Assembly: GCA_965238275.1 (NCBI GenBank)
Contig: OZ250186.1
Span: forward strand, 64,001-128,000
Direction of reading: 5' to 3'
Length of the DNA: 64,000 bases
From: Nitrosopumilus sp.
GTDB lineage: Archaea; Thermoproteota; Nitrososphaeria; Nitrososphaerales; Nitrosopumilaceae
The notes beneath the pieces are model-generated. The model did not search any database, was not told where the DNA came from, and saw only the letters and a program-made list of their open reading frames with translations. Each line of letters starts with the position of its first letter. The stretch's first letter is position 1. A program made the position numbers and the translations under genes. Below, one piece after another: positions 51,658-61,368 of the stretch.

Positions 51658-52383
51658 ATGAAGTCGTACGGAAAACCTGACGCGTCCTGGAACGACACAA
51701 AGTTCCGAGGCATAATAGAGGACGCGCTCGGGATGGCCAAGGAAAACAAGAAGGATATTGCGGTGGGCCAGGACGCACACGGCAACGTCGTGGTCGTCGA
51801 GGCCAAGCGGGATCATCCCCACATATGCGTGTGCTGGGTATACATGTACAAGAACAAAAAATTGCAAGACGAACCGGAACTGGGGGATCATGTGGGATAT
51901 GCCACCTATTCGGTCGAACAGATGGTTCCAAGGGTGCGCAACGCCCTGACTAGGGGGATAATGGATTTTGGCGGCCTGAGATTCCTCTCGGAAGGCAGGG
52001 TACATCTGGGGTTTGTCTTCGGATACGCTGGAAAGTTGATCAAGCTGCACGGCGGACCGTTCATCGTGGGCTGGACGGACAAGGAGGTTGTGAAACAGTC
52101 GGGAAAAGACGGCCTTGTCGGCTTGAAGACGCATGCTTCCATTGTAGTGGCACCCGTATCGGAAAGAGACTACTTTGTGGAACACGCGTCGTGTGTGACG
52201 GCTAGGCGCGGGGCGTGGAGCCTGCCGGACAGGCTTTCGGATACACGCGCATACCAGTACGAGACGCAGAGGGATCTGGAGGCCACGATCGTTTCAGACA
52301 GGCGCTCAATAAGGCTGGCAAGTCCAGTGGACTTGATCTATATGGCCATACTTGAAACCAACAACCCGAAACACTGGGAATAG
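51658..52383 (+). CDS. Hypothetical protein, paralog of 41890-42648
   Basis: End-to-end similarity to the paralog; TATA-like ttttaa about 30 bp upstream. Confidence 0.75.
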   Translation: MKSYGKPDASWNDTKFRGIIEDALGMAKENKKDIAVGQDAHGNVVVVEAKRDHPHICVCWVYMYKNKKLQDEPELGDHVGYATYSVEQMVPRVRNALTRGIMDFGGLRFLSEGRVHLGFVFGYAGKLIKLHGGPFIVGWTDKEVVKQSGKDGLVGLKTHASIVVAPVSERDYFVEHASCVTARRGAWSLPDRLSDTRAYQYETQRDLEATIVSDRRSIRLASPVDLIYMAILETNNPKHWE

Positions 52384-52552
52384 TTTGTGTCGGACCAGCG
52401 TACCGTGAACTGGACTAGGTGTCGCATTCGGCCTCACATGAGGCCACTGGGATGAAGAATTCCATGAATGCAGAGATGGATGAAAGACTCTGGTATGTTT
52501 GCGTGTTCTGATCCCCGAGGCGGACCAGAACCCAAGTGCCACAACCACCCGT

Positions 52553-52741
52553 CTAGATCTTTTGCCTTCCCCATTCGTGGTCGCAGGAATTGCATTCCCA
52601 ACGACGCGGGTCGGGGGGAATACAGCACCCGCCCAAGACCACCTTGCCCGAATCCACGTCCTTCTCCCAATCCCAACTGGGATATCCATAGACTATCTTC
52701 GCTACCTTGGCGCTTCCGCACTCTGGACATTTCCTGGTCAA
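52553..52741 (-). CDS. Small Zn-ribbon protein
   Basis: CPECGS..VAKIVYGYP...LGGC...WECNSCDHEW. Confidence 0.75.
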   Translation of the reverse strand: MTRKCPECGSAKVAKIVYGYPSWDWEKDVDSGKVVLGGCCIPPDPRRWECNSCDHEWGRQKI

Positions 52742-52807
52742 CCATGTCTGTCCTGCGTGCTTGGCAATAAGTTATCCTGATTGGTCAAATTCACAACCGC
52801 GAACCCC

Positions 52808-53032
52808 ATGCAGAATCCATTTATCCCGCGGCGCCGTCACTATTCCATCATGGACTGTGAAGAAGGCCTGCGCACGGTGGCGTATCTGCGCCGATCCGCC
52901 GACGAGGACGAAAAGAACGGCAGGCCAAGGTCGGCCAAGACCTTGAGGGACGTGGCGCTCGCCATGGAGTGCGTGGACTACGGCGTCTACTTGTTCGAAT
53001 ACAAGTACGGGATCAAATTGTGTAATGACTAG
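52808..53032 (+). CDS. Small hypothetical protein
   Basis: ATG ORF with helical composition, divergent from the Zn-ribbon gene. Confidence 0.5.
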   Translation: MQNPFIPRRRHYSIMDCEEGLRTVAYLRRSADEDEKNGRPRSAKTLRDVALAMECVDYGVYLFEYKYGIKLCND

Positions 53033-53254
53033 CGGTCGGCCCTTTCGGCAGATCGGCATCCGCATGGCCGACTTTGAGGTGACGGGGCGCTCGATAGCGC
53101 GCGCGATGGGGCACGACGGGGAATCCGTGGGGAGGTACCGCGAGACCATGTCAGGATCTCCCCGCTGAATTTGTGTCTGCGAGGCCGTGATAGACGATGT
53201 ACTTCCAGAATATGGGCGGATCATGTATTGACAGCCACAACAGTGTGTCATCTG

Positions 53255-55446
53255 GTAAGAGGTCGCCTTTGCGAAGCGATTCCGTGCCTGATCTGTTCCG
53301 ATTAATTACCAACTGAGCTACGTTTTTGACCATAAATACCAGATTAATTGCACGTTATCAACACGGTCCTCAGGCAGGGCGGTTTTCGGATCAAGGCTCT
53401 TCCGGTTGGATCTTTTGCGCCGCATTTTCCGGCAGGCGCTGCGTGCCCAAAAGCTTTATGGATCATGCCTTCCCGTGTTATGGCGTGGCGCCTGTAATCG
53501 ACCTGGAAAAGATTGACTGGAACTCCGTAACCGACACCAAGTCCCTCTTCGAATCCGTCTTGGACATGCTCAAATCCAAGGACGAGGAGAGCATGGCACT
53601 GAGAAAAGACATCGAGCAGCTGAAGGAGGAGGCAGAGGCCTTCTCAGGGGAACATGCGATGCTGACGGAGATGGATGCCAGGATCAAACTGCTGGAAGAA
53701 GAGAATGTGCAAAAGGACTCCGAGATAGAGAAGCTGAGGGCAGAAAACGCCGCCCTCCTGCAGGGATGCGACGTCTCGCAGGCAGTCATGGACAGGATAG
53801 CCCGCCTGGAACGGCAGGCATCAGAGCATGCCTCTCAGTTAAGGGAGGCGCGCGCGGCCAACTCGGCGCTGGCAGCCGAGAATCTGGGCATCAAAAGCCG
53901 CCGCTCCCAGAAGCGGCTCCGGGAATCACCCGGGCCTGCACCAGACCCGTTCAGGAAGGTCGTCTGCCTGCGCACCGGCCGTGATCCTCCCCCGATATCC
54001 GAAAAAAAGCTAGTCGACATGCCCGCCTGCCCGCACGGCCATGCCCTCTCGAAGGAGCCCACCGAGGTGACCATCCGGGTAGTCGAGGAGATTATCGACG
54101 GGAAGCTGACCGGCATCCAGTATACCGTCGTCCGCAGGTACTGCAGGGAATGCGGCAGGCAGTTTGCCCCCGAGATCCCAGGGGTCGTCCCCGGTGGACG
54201 GTTCGGCGCCAGCCTGACATGCCTTGAGACGACGATGAGGATGTACAACATTCCCTACGAACCCATCCGCAAGCTGATCAACATAATCTACCACACGGAC
54301 CTTGCAAAGTCGACTGTCATCGGCCACGTGGATGCCGTGACAGGATCCCTCCACCCGCTCTACGAGGAGATGCTCGAGGAGATATTCTTCTCAGAGCATG
54401 TCTTCGGGGACGAGACCAGCTGGAGGGTAGCCGGTGTGCTGTACTGGCTGTGGATACTAGTCGGTGACAACTCGACTGTCTTTTACGTGGACAAGCGCCG
54501 GGGAGGAGACGTGCTGGAGACCCTGCTTGGAGGGTACGCAGGCCACGTCACCTCTGATTCACACTCCGCGTGGAACCGCATCGGCAGGACCCACCAAAAG
54601 TGCCACTACCACTACCTCCGCGAGATCATCCGCACCCTGACCATGAAAAACCCGGGGCCAGAATTCAAAAAGTTTGCCAAGGCCCTAAAGGGGATAATCA
54701 TCGATTCCTGGCACGCAGAGAAGGGACTCAACCCGAACGACGATGCGGCCGCGCGAAACCTCAAGGTGCGCAACCTCCTGGCCCGGGTGAGGCGCCTGAT
54801 GTCTGGCAGCTACACCGAACCCCACTGCAAGCGGTTTGTCAAGCGGCTGCGGCGCGAGATCACCCACCTGTTCCCATTCATCCGCCTCAACACAAAGTGC
54901 CATAACAACGATGCCGAGCGCCCCCTGCGGCCCAGCGTCGCATCCCGGAAGGTCTCAGGCGGCAGCAAGAGCCTTGCCGGCGCATACAACCACGCCGTCC
55001 TGGCCAGCATCCGCGAGACGTGCAGGATGCGCGGCGTCAACCCGCACGACTTTTTGGTCGACTACATGCGAGGCATGGTCGAAAAAATACCGGCAGCAGC
55101 AGCAGCGGCAGCAACGGTATAAATCCTGCAAAATCCATCCATGGCTGCCCTGCATGTCCTGCGCGACCCCCACAGCACCGGTTGCCTGACACATGTCAGG
55201 CCGCCGTGCCGGCCCGCCACCCGATTCGGGCACAACGCACCACGCCCGACAGCACCAAAAAAGGCCCACTTCGCAAGTCCGATCACCGGATCGGCCAAAA
55301 TGCAGCTCAGCCGAGCCTCATCCCCGCCCGGAAAAAACCCTGAATAATGCCAATTAAATGGGCATTTATGGCCGAAAACGTAGCTCAGTTGGTAATTAAT
55401 CGGGGCAGATCAGGCACGAAATCGCTTCGCAAAGGCGACCTCTTAC
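53255..55446 (+). mobile_element. IS66-family element with ~95-bp terminal IRs, copy 1
   Basis: IR begins GTAAGAGGTCGCCTTTGCGAAGCG; 8-bp target duplication GTCATCTG. Confidence 0.95.
53458..55122 (+). CDS. IS66 transposase with a long N-terminal coiled coil
   Basis: CPHGH, CREC, GDET, TSDSH, QKCHYHYLR, NNDAERPLR. Confidence 0.92.
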   Translation: MDHAFPCYGVAPVIDLEKIDWNSVTDTKSLFESVLDMLKSKDEESMALRKDIEQLKEEAEAFSGEHAMLTEMDARIKLLEEENVQKDSEIEKLRAENAALLQGCDVSQAVMDRIARLERQASEHASQLREARAANSALAAENLGIKSRRSQKRLRESPGPAPDPFRKVVCLRTGRDPPPISEKKLVDMPACPHGHALSKEPTEVTIRVVEEIIDGKLTGIQYTVVRRYCRECGRQFAPEIPGVVPGGRFGASLTCLETTMRMYNIPYEPIRKLINIIYHTDLAKSTVIGHVDAVTGSLHPLYEEMLEEIFFSEHVFGDETSWRVAGVLYWLWILVGDNSTVFYVDKRRGGDVLETLLGGYAGHVTSDSHSAWNRIGRTHQKCHYHYLREIIRTLTMKNPGPEFKKFAKALKGIIIDSWHAEKGLNPNDDAAARNLKVRNLLARVRRLMSGSYTEPHCKRFVKRLRREITHLFPFIRLNTKCHNNDAERPLRPSVASRKVSGGSKSLAGAYNHAVLASIRETCRMRGVNPHDFLVDYMRGMVEKIPAAAAAAATV

Positions 55447-55605
55447 GTCATCTGGCATTTCGTGGCATGATGGGTATTTTACGCCATGCGCGGATCAAAA
55501 TTGCACACGAGGCTTGAAGGTTGTTTTGGCTGATTTCTGAATTTTCAACTAATTGTAAAGGTAAGCGGAAGCAAAGTTTGAATATGACCATTTTGTAACA
55601 AAATC

Positions 55606-55914
55606 ATGAATTTTCAAGAATTTTGGGAAAAATTACACCAGAAACTAAAACGCAAGAAAGAACACAGGACGTTAAAACGTTTAAAATTATTTGAAGCCGT
55701 TGTTATAGACTCCAAAACCATAATCGTAAAACCTGATTCAAAAAAAATTAGACCAATTACAATCGATGAATTTCAAGGCATGTGGGACATTATGAAAAAC
55801 GACGTTAGAAATGAAAGATACGTCAATACTAAAAAACGATACTACTCCTATTGGAGCTCATCATACATCTGTGCATTGATTGACTGTGTTGTATCTGATC
55901 AAAATATGGAATAA
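55606..55914 (+). CDS. Small AT-rich hypothetical protein
   Basis: 102 aa ORF MNFQEFWEKL...SSYICALI. Confidence 0.7.
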   Translation: MNFQEFWEKLHQKLKRKKEHRTLKRLKLFEAVVIDSKTIIVKPDSKKIRPITIDEFQGMWDIMKNDVRNERYVNTKKRYYSYWSSSYICALIDCVVSDQNME

Positions 55915-56369
55915 CCCCCCCCCCCCCGAAATTATTTAGAGTTAGCAGTCATTCTCACACCGGAACCGTCCATCTCTGTACATCGCCTCTGCTTGTCCAG
56001 TTTTGCGTCGCGCAGTATGGCGGTACTCTCCACAATGTCGATCATTATAGTATTGTCTGCGGCGTTGTAGCCGCCTCCACGGTTCAGAGGAGATCATACA
56101 CTATCATTTCCCACTTCACATCATGTTGACACCTAAAAGACGGACAAGGAATATCAGAATGTTCAATGCGTGTACAGAGATGCCCCTTCAACAGTCTGGA
56201 TATTTTGCTCACAAACGCAGGGAAGGCATACCCTGACGAGGTGATGAAAAGGCTCTCCAAAGAATCCCGGAAACGCGGGGCTGAAGCCAAACGCAGTCAC
56301 TCAAATTCACTGCTGCATTAGGGTTGATTCTGGGCAGACTTGTTCAACAAGCTACACGTAACTGAGAGT

Positions 56370-57212
56370 TTAACTGCCGAATGACTTGGTAAGTGCCCAT
56401 AGCCGGTTGCACCTGTTCTTCGGTAGCGAGCCGAGGAACTTCCACGCTTCGTCTTTTTCCAGTCCTCCGTCAAGTTCGTCGTCGTAGCAGTTGCCAATGC
56501 ACGTGCATGAGAACGAGCTGCCGTCGTTGGAGCCGCATTGGCAGTAGCAGTCCAGTATTGCTGCCCAGAAGAACGCCTTTATCGCGGTGCCCGCGTTTGG
56601 CATGCCGTTCACGGCACACTCACGCACGGTCCCCGCCAGATCGCCGGCGTCCTCCAGCACGGCGATGCACGATCCCCCGGCAAGGTATTCCAGCGCACCA
56701 CCTTTTTTTTGCCATCCCACGTTAACGCCACCGAGTAATCTGCCGACGAACTTAGCCGTAAGGTTGCGCCGTTCGTAGTATTGCTTGCGCGCCGAGCACG
56801 CTCTGCCGGCGCCACATTCGGCATTCGTGGCGGTGCGCAGCATAGTGTCTTCTGTCATGAGGTCGACGTTGGCGGTGTTGGATACAGCGTAGAGCAGGTA
56901 GCAGTCTTCAAATGACAGCGGGACGCCGTCACTGTTGACGTATTCTTTTTTGGCGTACATGGCATCCACTACTGGCAGTATGCCTTCTGGCAAATGCGCC
57001 CACTCCACCGGCACGCCGATGGCCTCGATGCTCGTGATGAAGTCGTCTAAGATGCCTTCCTGCTTGTCCCACAACTTGTCGCTCAATTCCTTGTATTTGC
57101 CGACAGATTCCCAGATCACGTCGGAAACCACCACCAGCGTCCTTCCGTCAAGCGCGGCGCGCACGTCGTCTATGATGTCTGGTACGCCGCGGTGTATGTC
57201 AACCACATCCAT
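56370..57212 (-). CDS. PIN-domain-like protein with a Cys-rich C-terminal extension (start uncertain)
   Basis: In-frame upstream RYCLIDT, then VIWE, SFEDCYL and LMTED match the PIN acidic residues; CYCQC...CTCIGNC. Confidence 0.65.
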   Translation of the reverse strand: MDVVDIHRGVPDIIDDVRAALDGRTLVVVSDVIWESVGKYKELSDKLWDKQEGILDDFITSIEAIGVPVEWAHLPEGILPVVDAMYAKKEYVNSDGVPLSFEDCYLLYAVSNTANVDLMTEDTMLRTATNAECGAGRACSARKQYYERRNLTAKFVGRLLGGVNVGWQKKGGALEYLAGGSCIAVLEDAGDLAGTVRECAVNGMPNAGTAIKAFFWAAILDCYCQCGSNDGSSFSCTCIGNCYDDELDGGLEKDEAWKFLGSLPKNRCNRLWALTKSFGS

Positions 57213-57717
57213 GGTGTCAATGAGGCAGTACCGCTTGCTGGCGTCAAGCGTCGTTCACGACGCGTAGATGTCTGACATGTACGTGGGTTGTTGGCACGTG
57301 GTTATATCATGTCTCCTACAGCATTCAGGCAACCGCATCAAAGCAGCTACCGTTTTCATGGTAGTCGTCACACGGTAGCCACCACGCGCATGAAGATCCT
57401 ACCCGTCTTCGCCAACCCTCCGTCTCTACATTGCTCTCATTCGGGGGACTCGTTACTAATTTTGCATGCATGGCTTGCGCGGATTGTCGGTCATCAATTA
57501 CCATGACCCGACCTACGCGTTTTCCAGCACGTAAACCAGCGCCGCGACAAACTCATCCAGCATGACCTCTCCCTTGGCCGCCGGCGGCTCCGGACGCCTC
57601 GTCGCCAGACATGGGATGCACGGATGACGCCAGTCAGGCGCCCCTTGCCAGCAGGTCGTTGACGGCAGCAGAGTAGCTGTACGCCTTGTTGCCCTCCAGC
57701 ATCTTCTTGGACTGGTA

Positions 57718-58972
57718 TACCAAAGATGAAAAATTGATGTGATTGTAAAATATTTTAACTCCATGTGAAATTATGCTTATTTCACGTAGCATAGTCAATG
57801 AAGATCAAGACGATGTTGAAAAGATACGCCGCTGAGACAGACTGCGATACCAAGGACCGCATGATGCTGATCATCAGAGTCAAACGTGACGGGATAACCA
57901 TGAGGGATTCTGCAAAATCCCTGGGAAAGTCAGCCTCGTGGGGCTACAAGTGGCACGAGCGCTACCTGGAAGTCGGATTTGACAGGCTGGGAAACATGCC
58001 GCGTTCCGGCAGGCCGACCAAGGCGAGCAAGGCAGACATGAAGAAGATCAGAAAGGCCGCATGCAGGAAACCTGTCTGGACGGGCATGGAGATGCAGCAA
58101 TACATCCAACAGAAGACCGGAGTAAGGTACGAACTCGGATATGTGCGCCAGATACTGCGCGGGTGGGGCTATTCCCAGAAGGTTCCCGTAGGAAAACATG
58201 CAAGAAGGGCGCCTGACGAGGAGATCAGGAAATTCCAAAAAGAGATGCCAGAGCTTATAAAAAAAAGAACAGCGAAGGAACAGTCGTAGCGATACAGGAC
58301 GAGTCCATAGTAATCTCCGATGCGCGGCCGCGAAGACGCGGCTACACCAGGAAGGGAATACGGGCGTTTTTCACGTACACCGGCTCACACTCCAAGACGA
58401 TAATCCATGGACTGATCACCACGGACGGCAGGGGCATGTTCCGGCAGTACGATGCGTTTACCAAGGACACCTTTGAGGACTTTCTAAGGCAGGCGATGTA
58501 CAGGTTCAAGAAGATCTGCCTGATCATGGACAAGGCCTCCCAGCACAGGGCATCAAACATACGCAAACTGCTTGATGGCACAGACGGCCTGGAGATAGTC
58601 TTCCTGCCAACTGCGACCCCGGACCTGAGCGCCATAGAGACGTACTGGAGGGATCTCAAGCGGGCAGTGCTTGACGTGCCGTACACCAGCCTGAGCATGC
58701 TCCGCGAGGCGATCACCAGGTACACGAGGTACAAAAAACCGAATCTGGTCGTTGAAAACTTTCTGTACAGGGCCATCTAGAACGACATCAAACCGCACCG
58801 GATCCACGCCGCCTAGCGTGTGCCATGCACGGCGCACCAGAGCATGCAATGTCTAATGTTCGGGGCGTCTTTTCTCGTCATTTGGGAATTCAACGCACCT
58901 CGTAATTTCCAGAGACGGCTGTTGCATCAAAAATTTATGAGCGATTTTGATATGAATTTTTCATTGCTGGTA
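57718..58972 (+). mobile_element. IS630-family element (frameshift type), copy 2
   Basis: IRs TACCAAAGATGAAAAATTGAT / ATGAATTTTTCATTGCTGGTA; TA flanks. Confidence 0.88.
57798..58780 (+). CDS. IS630 transposase with a -1 frameshift at A8G (58259-58267)
   Basis: orfA ends IKKRTAKEQS*; the -1 frame continues KKNSEGTVVAIQDES. Confidence 0.85.
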
Positions 58973-58974
58973 TA

Positions 58975-59460
58975 CCTCACAAAGAAGTCCTTCCCGTCAG
59001 AGGTGATCAGCCCGAACACGACGGCCCTGGAGTGCGTCCCGGTGTACGTGTATACTGACGATCAAAAGTCCTTGCACAGCATCTCATATTTTCGGCTGGT
59101 AAATTTGAGAAGATCAAGCTTGAATCTGACGGTTCGATAATACAGCGAAACTGCCCGGTGCATGTCTCGGAATGTCTTGTAATATTCTGAGACTAGCAGG
59201 ACGCGCTTTCCCTGGTGCCAGCACTCTTCCATCGCGTTGAGGTACGGCGAGCCCTTGGGGAGAATACGTGATTCCCCTTCGTCATCACGGCCCAGCCTGT
59301 TGCAGACTCAGTTTGGGTTACGTCCTTGGATGTCGACAGTATCCTCCATGGACATGTTGCGCACGCGCACCATGCGTACCGCGACCATTCTAGCCCGAAC
59401 CTTGTGATCCTTTTTCTTTTTGCACGCCTTTTCGAGCTCTTCCCGTTTGGTGTCGTCCAT
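58975..59460 (-). pseudogene. Stacked IS630 remnants
   Basis: Fragments YTGTHSRAVVFGLITSDG, SPYLNAMEECW and MDDTKREELEK. Confidence 0.7.
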
Positions 59461-59515
59461 GTCTTACTGAAAGAAGATCTGATCTACAAACTTTTCGATT
59501 ATCTGTATTATCTGC

Positions 59516-60391
59516 TCACGAACTTCGGCGTGTCGCTATGTATTTTACAAGGTGAGATATTTTAGGAATTTTTAGTTTATCGCTGAAAAACAAAATTTCT
59601 TCTCCTTGGTGCACATTATAAGCAGTATGAATTAGCAAGTATTCTTTTCTGTTGCAGTCCCAATACAGTTTCTTTATCTCGGAAACATTGTCATATGAAA
59701 CAATCCATCTTGATTTTTTGATTTTTTTAATCTGGGATGCCACCTTTCTGTGATCATCGGATTCGTAATGATTCATGTATAGTGATGGTCCTTTCTGATA
59801 GTAAGGAGGATCAAAATAAAAGACGGTGTTTTCATTTTCTGACCTTCGCTGAATTTTTTCAATTAGAGACAGGGCATCAAGATTGTGCACATGAATTTGT
59901 TTCTTATATCTGCCAATCTGTTTAATCCTTCTGATTAGTTCTTCCTTGTTAAAACGGCAACCAATTGTATATTTTCCATTCTGTCTCACTCCCCCGATCA
60001 TCCCTGCATCCAAAATTCCAGAGTGGTTGGTCCTGTTCATGAAGAACGTCGCAAACCCCAGCTCGAATAACGATGCCTGTTTTTTACGTTGATGAATTTT
60101 TCTGAATTTATACCAGTTTTTGGGCGACACCTCCACATCATCAACATAGTCGCAAAACTTGTGATTGTAATTCAGCACCGAATGCCAGAAAGCATAAACC
60201 GACCGGTCAAGATCATTTATTGTGATTTCTTTTACATATCCATTCAATAATAAGTATAATGCAACCGCTGCTCCCCCTGCATAAGGTTCAACATAATGTC
60301 CAGTTATATTATTTTTTTCACAGATTAAGGCGATAAGCCTTGCTAGCCTGTTTTTTCCTCCAGGATACCGCAGCGGTGAATTAAAATCCAT
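59516..60391 (-). CDS. Dam-like (D12 class) N6-adenine DNA methyltransferase
   Basis: SPLRYPGGK, EPYAGGA, YFDPPY, WIVSYD. Confidence 0.93.
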   Translation of the reverse strand: MDFNSPLRYPGGKNRLARLIALICEKNNITGHYVEPYAGGAAVALYLLLNGYVKEITINDLDRSVYAFWHSVLNYNHKFCDYVDDVEVSPKNWYKFRKIHQRKKQASLFELGFATFFMNRTNHSGILDAGMIGGVRQNGKYTIGCRFNKEELIRRIKQIGRYKKQIHVHNLDALSLIEKIQRRSENENTVFYFDPPYYQKGPSLYMNHYESDDHRKVASQIKKIKKSRWIVSYDNVSEIKKLYWDCNRKEYLLIHTAYNVHQGEEILFFSDKLKIPKISHLVKYIATRRSS

Positions 60392-61368
60392 TTCAATATG
60401 TTAGATAAACTGTTCTATACGTTTTTCCATAAGATTTCAAAAAACTCCTGCAGATTGTCCCATTTTGCCTTCAGATCTTCCGGCTCCGGTCTAATGTTCT
60501 CACTGTGGACAAAATTATGGAAATGTTCTATGCTGAGAATGCTCGAATCTCCACTACCAGCAGTTTTTCGAACCGATGCTAATTGATTTCTACTGGCAAT
60601 GCGGTTCTCTGACATGTGGTTTGCGGTTTTATTGATCTTGTCTTTTATTTTTGGATTTTCAGCAAGGAAAGTGATTTTTTTTACTTTGATGTAGTAATCA
60701 ATACTTGTTTCAAAAAATACTCTAAACAAAACACCGATTGCGTTGGGGGTTCCGCGTTTACCCTCCAAAACCAAATCAGTTTTTAATTCTAAGAAAATAT
60801 TGTTTATTTTTGATGGTGCTATTGCTAAATCACATTCTTTCGGTATGAGTTTCTTTCTGTCTGTAGATTTTTTGGTTTTGTTAGTCTTGGATGTAGTTGT
60901 ATTTGTTTGTGTTGCATTCTCAGATTGATCTTTTGTAGATGTTGCAGTTCCAATTAAGTCATCAATCCATACCTCCCTTTGTTTTTTAGTGTAAATGTCT
61001 CCGACTTTAAACTCATTTTCGGACATTTTTGCGAAAAATTTTTTGAGATTTTTTGTAAGAGGTCGCCTTTGCGAAGCGATTCCGTGCCTGATCTGCCCCG
61101 ATTAATTACCAACTGAGCTACGTTTTCGGCTGTAAATGCCCATTTAATTGGCATTATTCTGGGTTTTTTCCGGGCGGGGAGGAGGGTCCGGCCGAGCTAT
61201 GTTTTGGCCGATCCGGTGATCGGGTTTGCGAAGTGGCCTTTTTTGGCGCGGCCGGGGCGCTGAGTTGTGCCGGGATCGGGTGACAGCCGGTACGGCAGCC
61301 TGACATGCGCCAGACTGCCGGCGCGACGGGTCTGCGTGGGGCAGTCAGGATGGCGGGTTTTGCAGGAT

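Noticed and set aside
53326-53457. N-terminal extensions in the ORF track (53326, also 18001, 22292, 11274, 41671)
   Set aside because: They run into IS inverted repeats or promoter regions; paralog alignment supports downstream starts.
55915-55927. Poly-C tract as a phase-variation switch
   Set aside because: It lies immediately after a stop codon, not in a CDS or promoter; its effect is unclear and its length may be a sequencing artefact.
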